This document shows positions 45,918 through 55,569 of a stretch of DNA of 64,000 nucleotides, piece by piece. The position numbers and the translations under genes were made by a program. The notes below the pieces were generated by a model, which was not told the DNA's origin, ran no database searches, and saw nothing but the letters and a program-made list of their open reading frames with translations. Origin of the DNA: an uncultured Rikenella sp. (lineage in GTDB: Bacteria; Bacteroidota; Bacteroidia; Bacteroidales; VadinHA17); contig CAYPKP010000001.1 of NCBI GenBank assembly GCA_964411345.1, forward strand, positions 85,906 to 149,905, read 5' to 3'. How positions within the stretch are numbered: the first letter of the stretch is position 1; each line of letters opens with the position of its first letter.

Positions 45918-46676
45918 ATGCGAAGAGCGATTGCCATAATTGTTGTTCTGATCTGCAGCCTGCCGACCGTTACGGCACAGTCGGCCGATGAGAGATATAT
46001 CCAGGCAGGCGAGCTTTACGGTTCAGGAGACTACTCCGGTGCAGCTGCCATCTACAGGAAGCTTTATGAGGAGGGTTACAGGAGCGGGGACCTTCTCTAC
46101 AATGCCGGCAATGCATTTTTCAGGTCAGGAGACAATGCCTCTGCCATCCTCTTTTATGAGCGTGCGAAGCTCAGGGCTCCGGCCGATGAGGATATAGAGT
46201 ATAATCTGCAGATCGCAAGGAGCAGGGTCACTGACAGGTTTGAGACCGTCCCGCGCCTTTTCTTTGCGAGGTGGTTTGATTTTCTCTCCCTTCTAGCATC
46301 CACAAACAGCTGGGCCACGGCAGCATTGGTGATGTTTGTCGTCTCACTGTTGCTGGCACTTATCTTCCTTACCAAATCAAGGGCCCGGGGCCGGCTCCTC
46401 TCTTTCTGGCTGGCACTTACGGCGCTGATGCTGTCGGCAGTGATGATATCGCTCGCCATACGCAATAACTCACTTGTCAACAACAACAAACGGGCCGTTA
46501 TCACCTGCAGTATCGTCACCGGCCGCAGTGCCCCCGGAGAAAACGGCAGCGAGCTGTTTGTCCTTCATTCAGGAACTGCAGTAACCGTTGAACAGGAGCT
46601 GGGCAAATTCTTCGAGGTGAAGCTCCCGGACGGCAACAAGGGGTGGGTGAGAGGCGACTGCATGGAAAAGATATAG
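45918..46676 (+). CDS. batE: BatE-like TPR plus SH3 domain protein
   Basis: Signal peptide, TPR repeats, two TM helices and a C-terminal SH3b-like domain (GTAVTVEQELGKFFEVKLPDGNKGWV). Confidence 0.82.
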   Translation: MRRAIAIIVVLICSLPTVTAQSADERYIQAGELYGSGDYSGAAAIYRKLYEEGYRSGDLLYNAGNAFFRSGDNASAILFYERAKLRAPADEDIEYNLQIARSRVTDRFETVPRLFFARWFDFLSLLASTNSWATAALVMFVVSLLLALIFLTKSRARGRLLSFWLALTALMLSAVMISLAIRNNSLVNNNKRAVITCSIVTGRSAPGENGSELFVLHSGTAVTVEQELGKFFEVKLPDGNKGWVRGDCMEKI

Positions 46677-46731
46677 CCTGTACAGACAATTTTCGTATCT
46701 TTTCTGCCGGTTTCAGAAACATTTAGAACCT

Positions 46732-47118
46732 ATGAAAAGAATCCTCCTGGCGTTATGCCTGCTTGCCGTTGTTACAGCATGCAAAAAGACTGAAATTGAA
46801 CCGGAAGGTCCCACGGATGTCAGGGTTTACAACAACACTGACCAGCTCTTTGAGAATGTTGTTGTAAATACCTCAGGCGGCGAATATAATTTCGGAACGG
46901 TCACCCCGGGAACATACTCTGCGTACCACAGGTTTGACAAGGCTTACCCAAAAGCAGATATTTCTCTCAATATCAGGAGCTACAGCTATGCAACGCTGAA
47001 GCAGGATTACACCTATATGCAATATATGGGTCGCATGAAAATCACCTACAAGATTTTCATCAGCAATGAATCACGTAGAGAACTTGACACCGACGTAGTG
47101 CCGGAGGGCGCTCTCTGA
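46732..47118 (+). CDS. small hypothetical lipoprotein
   Basis: 128 aa with a lipobox (LLAVVTACKK). I recognise no family. Confidence 0.55.
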   Translation: MKRILLALCLLAVVTACKKTEIEPEGPTDVRVYNNTDQLFENVVVNTSGGEYNFGTVTPGTYSAYHRFDKAYPKADISLNIRSYSYATLKQDYTYMQYMGRMKITYKIFISNESRRELDTDVVPEGAL

Positions 47119-47138
47119 GTTTTCGCGAATCAAGGCAT

Positions 47139-49256
47139 ATGAAGGAGTTTATCACTGTCTGCCCGCGGAACTGTTACAGCACCTGCACATTCAGGGTATT
47201 CACCGATGAGGGCAGGGTGGTACGGATCCTTCCGTATGAGGGTAACCTGGCGACACCGGAGGGGCCGTGCATCAAGGGATTATCGTATCTCGAACGTGAA
47301 TATTCGCCGTCACGGATCACCAGGCCGTTGCAGCGGCAGCCGGACGGTTCATTTGTTCCGGTTGGAATGGAGGAGGCACTGGGGATCATTGCAGGCAAGC
47401 TGCTCTCTGCCAGGGAGAAGCATGGTCCGCACTCGGTTCTTTTCTACAAGGGCAGCGGATACTCCGGCCTGAGCAATGATATTGCAGGCAACTTCTGGAG
47501 GCGCTTTGGCGGCGCCACCACCACCTACGGCAATCTATGCTGGCCGGCAGGCCTTGAGGCCGTAAGGCTTACCCTGGGGGAGGTGAAGCACAACGTGCCA
47601 TGGGATCTTGCCAATGCACGGCTCATAATACTATGGGGCAAGAACTCTGCAGAGACCAACGTGCAGGAGATGATACACATCGACCGCGCCAGGAAAAACG
47701 GCGCAAGGATAATTGTTATCGATCCGCGGCGAACCCCCACGGCTGACAAGGCTGACATACTGCTCAGGCCACGGCCCGGCACCGACGCAGCACTGGCACT
47801 GGCGATGGCAAAGGTGATTATAGACAGGAATCTTGTCGATAAAGAGTTTGTCAGTAAGAATGTAGCGGGTTTTGAAAAGTTTGCAGCGTCACTTAAGATA
47901 ACACCTCTCAATGCACAGGAGATCACAGGTATACCTTCCGAAACAATTGAAGAGATTGCAGTGATGGCCGCGGGGGCCGGGCAGCTAACGGTTGTGGCCG
48001 GCTACGGGCTGCAGCGTTATACCAACGGCGGTCAGACTATCCGTGCCATTCTTTCAATACCTGTCATCACAGGCATGATAGGCCGGCCAGGCTGCGGCTT
48101 CAACTTTGCCAACCTTCAGAGCTATATCTTTGATGAGGTGAAGGAACCGCTGAGCTATTATCCTGACAAGGAATCAGATAAACCTTTCCGGCGTGCCATC
48201 TCAATGGCAAGGTTCGGTACCGACTTTTATGCACTCCCGGAGCCCGGTATAGAGGTGGCCTGGATCGAACGTGGCAATCCTGTTACTCAGCTTCCCGGAA
48301 GCAGTGAAGTAACAGATGCCCTGAAGTCGGTACCCTTCAAGGTTGTCATTGAACAGTTTATGACAGACACAGCGGCCATGGCAGACATCATTCTGCCCGC
48401 AAAGGGTCTCTTTGAACAGTCTGATATAGTGGGATCATACTGGAACCCCTATGTGCAGTACAAGCCTGCTGTGGCTGACCCTCCCGGTGAGGTGCTGCCG
48501 GAGAGTGAGGTCTACTGGCGCCTGGCGCAGATGATGCGGTTAACAGCAGGAGGCAGTGGAGACGACTCGGTGCAGCCGGGCGTGAAGAGGCAACAGGGTG
48601 AAGCGGCTCTCACGGTGCAGGGGGAAGTCAGTGAGCAGAACAGTGCATCCGTTATTCCTGCTCCCGGTGATTACAACAGATGGCTCACGGAGCGCATCAG
48701 CAGCACGCCGGGGTTTGATCGTGAGGAACTGCTGAAGCATCCCGTAGTCCCTGAACAGAATGAGAATCCCGCATATGCCGACGGGCGTTTCAACACCCCT
48801 TCCGGCAAGATTGAGCTCTGGTCAGAGAGTGCGGTGAAGCTCTGGGGCGTCAACCCGCTGCCCAGCTATGAACCACTTGAAGATTTCGGTGAGGCGCATC
48901 TTCCCTTCAGGCTCATGACTCCCAATATAGCTTCCCGTATTCACTCTCAATTTGGCAACCTTGAGGTTGTCAGGAGTGTGATTGAAGCTCCTGCCTGGGA
49001 GGTCTCCGTTGCCGATGCCCGCAGGCTTCAGCTGAAGAGCGGTGACACCGTCAGGGTATTCAATTCGCTTGGTGAAGTACAAGGCAAAGTGAAGGTTACC
49101 GCACGCGTCAGCAGCGGGAGCATTGTTTACCCGAACGGCATATGGTTTGCCGAAGGTGGCGGAGTAAACAGGCTTATCCATCCGGCAGAGACTGACATGG
49201 GCTACGGAGCAGCCTTTCATAATACCCGGGCAGACATCGAAAAGGTAACGCCATGA
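47139..49256 (+). CDS. molybdopterin (bis-MGD) oxidoreductase catalytic subunit, DMSO-reductase superfamily, no Tat signal
   Basis: The N-terminus begins directly with the FS0 4Fe-4S motif CPRNCYSTC...C (CX2CX3C...C). The MGD-binding domains follow, with a C-terminal beta-barrel (GDTVRVFNSLGEV). No twin-arginine leader is present. Confidence 0.85.
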   Translation: MKEFITVCPRNCYSTCTFRVFTDEGRVVRILPYEGNLATPEGPCIKGLSYLEREYSPSRITRPLQRQPDGSFVPVGMEEALGIIAGKLLSAREKHGPHSVLFYKGSGYSGLSNDIAGNFWRRFGGATTTYGNLCWPAGLEAVRLTLGEVKHNVPWDLANARLIILWGKNSAETNVQEMIHIDRARKNGARIIVIDPRRTPTADKADILLRPRPGTDAALALAMAKVIIDRNLVDKEFVSKNVAGFEKFAASLKITPLNAQEITGIPSETIEEIAVMAAGAGQLTVVAGYGLQRYTNGGQTIRAILSIPVITGMIGRPGCGFNFANLQSYIFDEVKEPLSYYPDKESDKPFRRAISMARFGTDFYALPEPGIEVAWIERGNPVTQLPGSSEVTDALKSVPFKVVIEQFMTDTAAMADIILPAKGLFEQSDIVGSYWNPYVQYKPAVADPPGEVLPESEVYWRLAQMMRLTAGGSGDDSVQPGVKRQQGEAALTVQGEVSEQNSASVIPAPGDYNRWLTERISSTPGFDREELLKHPVVPEQNENPAYADGRFNTPSGKIELWSESAVKLWGVNPLPSYEPLEDFGEAHLPFRLMTPNIASRIHSQFGNLEVVRSVIEAPAWEVSVADARRLQLKSGDTVRVFNSLGEVQGKVKVTARVSSGSIVYPNGIWFAEGGGVNRLIHPAETDMGYGAAFHNTRADIEKVTP

Positions 49257-50593
49257 GAAGGGGATTTGCATTCGACGCTTCACTCTGTGTCGGCTGCGGG
49301 GCCTGCAGCGCTGCCTGTATTCTGGAGAACGGACTGCAGGCCGGTACGAGAAGAATATTTACCTGGAACGACAGAGCCCTGCCGTTGATGAGGGTGATCA
49401 GCCTCTCACTGGCATGCAACCACTGTGAAGAACCGGCATGTGCGGAGGGGTGTCCGGCAAAGGCCTACACCGTTGAGGACAACGGGGTGGTGATCCACCA
49501 TGCCGACAGGTGCATGGGATGCGGTTACTGCACCTGGAGGTGTCCCTACGATGCACCGAAGATCAATGAGGCCAAAGGCTATATTGAGAAATGTCACCTC
49601 TGCGTTGAGAGAGCAGGCGAAGGCATCGATCCGGCCTGCGTTACAGCCTGTCCGACAGGCGCTCTCAGGTTTGCAGGGCAGGAAAAGTTTGAACCTGTCG
49701 GCATAGGGTGGTTCCCTGAAACTGGTATAGGCCCTTCGCTGGTACTTAAAGAGGCTGCAAGCTTAAAGGGACCGTCAGTCATCCCGTCGGAAGAGGCGGA
49801 TGATACAGAGGATGAACTGCCGCCGGCAGGGCTGCCCGAAAGGATAAAGAAGGAGTGGAGCCTGATCCTCTTTTCTCTCCTGCTGATATCTGCTTCCGCC
49901 ATGATGATAATCACCGGCTTTTCGGATACAATAATCCCGGCGTTAATACCTTTTCTGCTTCTCACGTCGGCAATGGCTGTGTCTGTGGCGCACCTCGGGG
50001 TGCCGGCCAAAGCCTGGAGGGCAGCAATAAACATCACCTCCTCACCGCTGAGTCAGGAGATATTGCTGACAGGCCTGCTAACCCTTATCGCACTTCTCAA
50101 CTGGATATCTCCGGGGCTTATTCCGCCACGAGTGGGGGCAATCACCGCGCTGCTGGCACTTATATCCGTCGACCGCGTCTTCTTTGCTGCCCACAGGAGC
50201 CTGTCACTGAAACTGCATTCCGGCCAGGCTTTCTTTGCAGGTATATTTGCCGTGTCATGGTTCCGGGAGCCGGCAACGCTCTTCCTCCTCTTCTCCATGC
50301 TGGCTGCAATTTCGGTGGTTCTGAGATACAGGTCTGCAGAAGGAGCTCCCTTTGTGCGGAATCTCTATTATTTCAGGGCACTGGTGCTGCCGGTCGTCTT
50401 TATGCTGCTCTACCCTGACACTCCTGTAGCCGACGGTGCGGCGCTGGTACTGTTCCTGGCAGGAGTCGTGGCAGACAGGCTGCTTTTCTACTGCGATTTC
50501 AATCCCGTTAATATTAAAAACACAATTAAAGAACACTTTGCAAAAGAATGGGAAACCAGCATGAGCAATAGCTCAAATAAGGATGAAAGATAG
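49253..50593 (+). CDS. fused 4Fe-4S ferredoxin (DmsB-like) and DmsC-like polytopic membrane anchor
   Basis: ATGA overlap with the catalytic subunit gene. The N-terminal roughly 170 aa has several CxxCxxC(xxxC) cluster motifs (CVGCGACSAAC, CNHCEEPAC, CMGCGYCTWRC, CHLCVERAGEG...C). About 7-8 TM helices follow. Confidence 0.82.
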   Translation: MRRGFAFDASLCVGCGACSAACILENGLQAGTRRIFTWNDRALPLMRVISLSLACNHCEEPACAEGCPAKAYTVEDNGVVIHHADRCMGCGYCTWRCPYDAPKINEAKGYIEKCHLCVERAGEGIDPACVTACPTGALRFAGQEKFEPVGIGWFPETGIGPSLVLKEAASLKGPSVIPSEEADDTEDELPPAGLPERIKKEWSLILFSLLLISASAMMIITGFSDTIIPALIPFLLLTSAMAVSVAHLGVPAKAWRAAINITSSPLSQEILLTGLLTLIALLNWISPGLIPPRVGAITALLALISVDRVFFAAHRSLSLKLHSGQAFFAGIFAVSWFREPATLFLLFSMLAAISVVLRYRSAEGAPFVRNLYYFRALVLPVVFMLLYPDTPVADGAALVLFLAGVVADRLLFYCDFNPVNIKNTIKEHFAKEWETSMSNSSNKDER

Positions 50594-50736
50594 AATCTTA
50601 TGCGGGTTGCACCGGTACAGGGTAGAAACTGACTTACACGAATGAAACTTGCATGAGCAGCAACTCACAAGCGGTTATGATTATCTGGTTTCATGCAAAT
50701 TCCATTGGAACAATAAAGTGAAAAATCAATAATCGA

Positions 50737-51906
50737 ATGAAAAAGAGAGAGATAAACAGTGTCAGGACTCCGGTATACCGTGATGCCGGCTTTGAGCTGC
50801 CAACGGCCGCTACAACATCGGGCGCCTTTACCGCGGAGACAGCTCATGAGAGGGAGCCCGATCTCTACATCTATTCCCGCTACCGCAATCCAACCGTGGT
50901 GGCAGCTGAGGAGGCCGTCATGGCCGTTGAGGGCTCACGGTGGGCTCTGCTGGCTCAGTCGGGCATGGCAGCCATAGACATTGCACTCTCCATCTTCCAG
51001 GAGGCGGAAAGCAAGGGTAGCTGGCTCTTCTTCTCGGAGATATACGGAGGTACTCTTTCGTACATCAACAGCATACTGATAAGGCGCAGGGGCCAGGGAG
51101 TAAGCTTCTTCAGCCCGACGGGGAACGACTATGACTATGAGATGCTTGAGAGGATGCTGGCTGAGATGAAACCTGATATTGTCTACTTTGAAACCATCTC
51201 CAATCCGCTTCTGATTGTTGCCGACGGACGCCGCATCATTTCCATGGCAAAAAAACAGGGTGCCCGGGTCATTGTTGACAACACCTTTGGCACACCCCTG
51301 TTGTGGAAGCCACTTGATGACGGCGCCGACCTGGTGATCCACAGCGCCACAAAGTACCTCTCGGGCCACGGCAATCTCACAGCCGGGGTTATCTGCGGCA
51401 ATGACAGTGATCTGTTGCACAGTGCAGTAGAGTATCGCAAGTTCATAGGTCATATGCTCTCTCCGGATGATGCATACAGGTTGCAGACACAGCTGGCCTC
51501 CCTGGAGCTGCGGTTCATGCAGCAGTGCGAAAATGCCCTGGCCGTGGCAGAGATGCTGAGCTCTTCAGAGCGTGTCGGCACGGTTCTGTATCCGGGACTG
51601 GCAACACACCCTACCCATAACGTATGCAGGGAGATTACAGGGGGCAAGGGATATGGTGCGATGGTCACATTCGACCTTGCCGGTGACACTCCCGGTGAGA
51701 AGAGAGAGAGTCGTGACAGGTTCATAGCCGCTGTCTGGCCCGACATCAGGCTTATACCCACACTTGGGGATTCCCACACCATACTTATGCCTGTAGAGCC
51801 CGTCTGGGGCGTCAAATACCCGGAACCGGGAATGATCAGGATGTCAGTCGGTTTTGAGTCCCGCGAGGTTATCTCGCAGGTTATTGAGCGCGGCTTGGGT
51901 TCCTGA
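50737..51906 (+). CDS. Cys/Met-metabolism PLP-dependent enzyme (cystathionine gamma-synthase / gamma-lyase family)
   Basis: 389 aa. The PLP-lysine motif is HSATKYLSGHGN, and the YSRYRNPT N-terminal motif is present. Confidence 0.88.
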   Translation: MKKREINSVRTPVYRDAGFELPTAATTSGAFTAETAHEREPDLYIYSRYRNPTVVAAEEAVMAVEGSRWALLAQSGMAAIDIALSIFQEAESKGSWLFFSEIYGGTLSYINSILIRRRGQGVSFFSPTGNDYDYEMLERMLAEMKPDIVYFETISNPLLIVADGRRIISMAKKQGARVIVDNTFGTPLLWKPLDDGADLVIHSATKYLSGHGNLTAGVICGNDSDLLHSAVEYRKFIGHMLSPDDAYRLQTQLASLELRFMQQCENALAVAEMLSSSERVGTVLYPGLATHPTHNVCREITGGKGYGAMVTFDLAGDTPGEKRESRDRFIAAVWPDIRLIPTLGDSHTILMPVEPVWGVKYPEPGMIRMSVGFESREVISQVIERGLGS

Positions 51907-52575
51907 TCACCACTGCACCGGCTCAATGCCCCTGGCGGTTAGCCACTGATTGCACCTGCTGAAGTGCGAGCATCCGAAGAAACCGCGTGAGGCGGAGAGG
52001 GGTGAAGGATGTACGGTCCTTAGGATCAGATGCTTTGCGGGATCAATTGATGCGCCCTTGTTCTGGGCATAGTTGCCCCATAACATGAATACCAGGTTTT
52101 CACGCTCACGGTTCAGCGCGCTGATGGCGGCATCGGTGAACCGTTCCCAGCCTTTGTTCTGGTGTGACAGTGCCTGATGTGCCCTCACGGTCAGAATGGC
52201 ATTGAGCAGTAGCACACCCTGTCTTGCCCATCGCTCAAGGTTGCCCGATATGGGCAGAGGCACTCCAATATCCCTGTTGAGCTCCTTGAAGATATTCACA
52301 AGGCTGGGAGGAAACTCGGTGCCGTCGGTGACAGAGAAACAGAGTCCGTGTGCCTGGCCAATATTGTGATATGGATCCTGGCCGATAATCACAACCTTAA
52401 CCCTGTCAAAAGGACAGAGATCGAAGGCATTGAATATCTTTCCTGCAGGCGGGAAGACCTGGCGGGTACGGTACTCTTCCCGTACGAAATCGGTCAGTGA
52501 TGCAAAATAATCGCTGCTGAATTCATCTTTCAGCTTCTCCTTCCATCCTGCTTCGATCCTTACCTGCATTGTCAC
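51907..52575 (-). CDS. ung: uracil-DNA glycosylase (family 1)
   Basis: The motifs GQDPYH, HGLCFS, LLLN and HPSPLS are all present. Length is 222 aa. Confidence 0.96.
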   Translation of the reverse strand: MTMQVRIEAGWKEKLKDEFSSDYFASLTDFVREEYRTRQVFPPAGKIFNAFDLCPFDRVKVVIIGQDPYHNIGQAHGLCFSVTDGTEFPPSLVNIFKELNRDIGVPLPISGNLERWARQGVLLLNAILTVRAHQALSHQNKGWERFTDAAISALNRERENLVFMLWGNYAQNKGASIDPAKHLILRTVHPSPLSASRGFFGCSHFSRCNQWLTARGIEPVQW

Positions 52576-52716
52576 CGGGTATACTGTACGAGCATAAATA
52601 TATCCATTTTTCGGAGAACTGCCTTATCTACCGAATGACGAGACACTAAACAGATATTTTTCCTTTAAATATAGGATCGATCAATATTTGCCCATGCAAC
52701 ATCAGGCGTTTTTATG

Positions 52717-52724
52717 TAAGTTTG
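52717..52724 (+). promoter_or_regulatory. -7 promoter box TAAGTTTG upstream of ltaE
   Basis: Exact TAnnTTTG match, 21 nt before ATG 52746. It overlaps and argues against the track TTG start at 52722. Confidence 0.5.
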
Positions 52725-52745
52725 AACCTCATTATTTTAGTAGCT

Positions 52746-53762
52746 ATGATTGACCTGAGAAGTGACACCGTAACAAAGCCTTCCCCGGGCATGCTTGAGT
52801 TCATGATGAAAGCCAGCGTGGGAGACATGATTTTCGGTGAAGACCCGATGGTGAATGAACTTGAGGAGATGTCGGCTTCAATGTTCGGTGTGGAGGCAGC
52901 TCTCTACTGTCCTTCGGGAACGATGACAAACCAGATTGCAATCAAGGCTCATACCCGTCCCGGTGATGAGGTCATATGCAGCCGGATGGCACATATCTAC
53001 CAGTTTGAAGGGGGAGGAGTGGCCTTCAACTCGGGTGCTTCAGTGGCGCTTATTGACTCAGAAAACGGCACCTTCACCGCTGAAGAGGTGGCACGGCATA
53101 TCAATAATCCCAACGACTGGCACAAAGCCCGTACACGTCTGGTAGAGGTGGAGAACACCGTCAACAGGGGTGCCGGGGCATGCTGGGACTTCAGGGAGCT
53201 CGTGAGGATCAGGGAGCTGTGCGACAGTCATGGCCTGGGTTATCACCTCGACGGTGCCAGGCTTTTCAACGCCATGACTGCCGACGGCAGGAAGCCTGAG
53301 GAGTACGGTGCACTGTTTGATTCGGTCTCGATATGCCTCTCAAAGGGACTGGGGGCGCCGGTAGGTTCCGTGCTGCTGGGAGACAGGGATTTCATCAGGC
53401 TGGGGCAACGGATCAGGAAGGTGCTGGGTGGAGCCATGCGGCAGGCCGGATATATTGCCGCGGCGGGTATCTATGCTCTCCGCAACAACCTGGAGCGTCT
53501 TTCAGAAGACCACCGCAGCGCTGCAGCAATCACGGGGGCCCTGAAACAGTGCAGTATGGTAGAACAGGTCAGTTACGGAGGAACCAACCTCATCATTTTT
53601 ACACTGGTGCCCGGAATGAAAGCCACGGATTTCCTTGATAAGCTGAAAGAGCACGGTATCCTGGCTCTGAAGACAGGGGAGAGGAGCATAAGGTTCGTTA
53701 CTCACCTCGATCTGAGCGAGGATGATATACGAAAAACCTGTGATGTGCTGGTTAGCCTCTGA
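52746..53762 (+). CDS. ltaE: low-specificity L-threonine aldolase
   Basis: ATG 52746 gives MIDLRSDTVTKPS, the canonical threonine aldolase N-terminus. PLP fold type I with a SICLSKGLGAP lysine motif. Confidence 0.9.
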   Translation: MIDLRSDTVTKPSPGMLEFMMKASVGDMIFGEDPMVNELEEMSASMFGVEAALYCPSGTMTNQIAIKAHTRPGDEVICSRMAHIYQFEGGGVAFNSGASVALIDSENGTFTAEEVARHINNPNDWHKARTRLVEVENTVNRGAGACWDFRELVRIRELCDSHGLGYHLDGARLFNAMTADGRKPEEYGALFDSVSICLSKGLGAPVGSVLLGDRDFIRLGQRIRKVLGGAMRQAGYIAAAGIYALRNNLERLSEDHRSAAAITGALKQCSMVEQVSYGGTNLIIFTLVPGMKATDFLDKLKEHGILALKTGERSIRFVTHLDLSEDDIRKTCDVLVSL

Positions 53763-54120
53763 AGGTGAAGTAGACAGCACCCAGAATACAGAGGAAGGCG
53801 AAGAGATGATTGAGCCTGAAAGATTCTGTCCGGAAGAAGAGCAGGGTAAAAACCACAAATACCGAAATGGAAATGATCTCCTGGATCAGCTTAAGTTCAA
53901 CCAGAGAGAATGGACCTCCCGTACCGCGGTAGCCAATCCTGTTGGCCGGCACCTGGAAGAAATATTCAAACAGGGCTATTCCCCAGCTGGCCAGTACAAT
54001 GCCCGCAAGACCCAGCAACGCATTCTTTGAAATGTTCTGGTATTTAAGGTGCCCGTACCAGGCAACTGTCATGAATGAGTTGGAGACAATAAGCAGCAGG
54101 ATTGACCAGAGACCTTTCAT
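53752..54120 (-). CDS. DUF486 / small DMT-superfamily membrane protein
   Basis: 122 aa with 4 TM helices. The N-terminus LLLIVSNSFMTVAWYGHLKY is typical of DUF486. The start overlaps the GNAT stop codon by 4 nt. Confidence 0.8.
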   Translation of the reverse strand: MKGLWSILLLIVSNSFMTVAWYGHLKYQNISKNALLGLAGIVLASWGIALFEYFFQVPANRIGYRGTGGPFSLVELKLIQEIISISVFVVFTLLFFRTESFRLNHLFAFLCILGAVYFTFRG

Positions 54121-54617
54121 AATACCTTGCGGTAGACAAGTTTATCGTCACCGGGACCGTAGAACTCACGCAGTGTGGCCGCAAGCTCATAACCGTTCCT
54201 GAGATAAAAGTGCCTTGTCGGTTCGTAGAGAGGCCTGCCCGAGGTCTCGATCCAGACAATTTTTCCTTTCATTGAGCTGATTCGCTCTTCGGCGTTCTTG
54301 AGAATGACAGACCCGTAGTGCTTCTGTCTCTGTTCTTCCTGGATGGCTATCCAGTAGAGATCCCATGAGTGCACCGAAGACGGGTTGGGACCAAAACATG
54401 CAAAACCGATAACCTCACCGTTATCAAGGAGCCGCACCCAGTAGTAACCGCTGCTCTCCTGGCCTTTTTCAGCCGTTTCATCAGCCAGGGAGAGAGCTAC
54501 CTCTATCTCGAAGTCATAGAAGTATCCGGATGATGAAAGTATCTTTTCCAGAGCGGGCCTGTCGGCATGTGTTATCTCAAAGGAAATTTCCGTCATGGCT
54601 TCAACGGTTAAGGTCAT
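54117..54617 (-). CDS. GNAT family N-acetyltransferase
   Basis: 166 aa. The acetyl-CoA motif A region is WIAIQEEQRQKHYGSVILKNAE. An alternative ATG at 54596 would remove the 17-nt overlap with the upstream gene. Confidence 0.85.
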   Translation of the reverse strand: MTLTVEAMTEISFEITHADRPALEKILSSSGYFYDFEIEVALSLADETAEKGQESSGYYWVRLLDNGEVIGFACFGPNPSSVHSWDLYWIAIQEEQRQKHYGSVILKNAEERISSMKGKIVWIETSGRPLYEPTRHFYLRNGYELAATLREFYGPGDDKLVYRKVL

Positions 54618-55569
54618 TGATTATATCACCGATTATCTCCTCATGCGTCTGTCCGGCATGAAGGGCTGCCGCTATAAATCCGCCGTCGGGAGAGATGCAG
54701 GGGTTTGCATTGACCTCCAGCACGTAAACGTTTTCCCCGGCGTCAACACGCATGTCAACCCTTGCATAACCCCTTAGTCCGAATGTAGTCCAGCATGCCA
54801 GTACCGTTTTCTTCAGCTTCTCCAGAAGGTTGCTGCCCAGGTCATCAGGAAAGTGTCTCCTGCTGCTGTGGTACTGAAAGGTATCCTCCTCCCATTTTGC
54901 CTTATAGCTCACTATCCGGGGCAGATCATCAGGGTAATCGTGAAAGATAATCTCTGCCGGTGGCAGCATCACGGGGCCGTCAGGGCCCGATTTGACACTT
55001 ACATTAAACTCTCTGCCCTCGATGAACTCTTCGATGAACCAGTGGCTGTCATCCTTGCCTTTCAGGATATCAGGCATGGAGCCGTCAGAGGTAAAGACCG
55101 ACTCTTCCGTGATACCCAGTGAGCCGTCTTCCCAGACCGGCTTGAGAATATATTTTTTTCCCGGTTTCATGGCAGCCGCTTCGGATATTTTGTACCCGTC
55201 TGCAACAGGTATTCCGTGGGCCTTCATCATCTGCCGTGCGAGCACCTTGCTGCCTGAGAGAAAAGCGGCCTCCACGGAGCATCCAGTATAGGGTATATGA
55301 TGCATGTTGAGCAGGGCGGGGATGAAATAGAGTATCTCAGCCCTTTTTCCGACCGCCTCTGCCAGGTTGAAGACAAAGTCAAAATCCTCTTCTGCAATAC
55401 GTGCCATCTCGCTGAAGAAATTCTCGGTGATGCCTCTGCGCTGCGCATTGATGCCTATTTTTGTCAGGGTCGCCTCAATGAAATGGACCTGGTCGATGAC
55501 GTCAAGCTCGTCCGGCAGGGCGTCCGGTGCAGGTTCATTGTAGATAATCAGGCATTTTCGGTCCATCAT
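54601..55569 (-). CDS. ATP-grasp ligase, D-Ala-D-Ala ligase-like (copy 2)
   Basis: 322 aa. The ATP-grasp core has KYILKPVWEDGSLGI, FIEEFIEGREFNVSV and ARVDMRVDAGENVYVLEVNANP. Confidence 0.85.
   Translation of the reverse strand: MMDRKCLIIYNEPAPDALPDELDVIDQVHFIEATLTKIGINAQRRGITENFFSEMARIAEEDFDFVFNLAEAVGKRAEILYFIPALLNMHHIPYTGCSVEAAFLSGSKVLARQMMKAHGIPVADGYKISEAAAMKPGKKYILKPVWEDGSLGITEESVFTSDGSMPDILKGKDDSHWFIEEFIEGREFNVSVKSGPDGPVMLPPAEIIFHDYPDDLPRIVSYKAKWEEDTFQYHSSRRHFPDDLGSNLLEKLKKTVLACWTTFGLRGYARVDMRVDAGENVYVLEVNANPCISPDGGFIAAALHAGQTHEEIIGDIINDLNR

Noticed and set aside
50594-50736. Possible SAM riboswitch upstream of the Cys/Met PLP enzyme
   Set aside because: The region starts with a TCTTATG-like string. 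It lacks the SAM-I core (GAGGGA...GGCCC...GCAACC...GGTGCTAA...AGAGATAAG pattern). Only short alternative TTGCATGA/TCATGCAA pairings are present.
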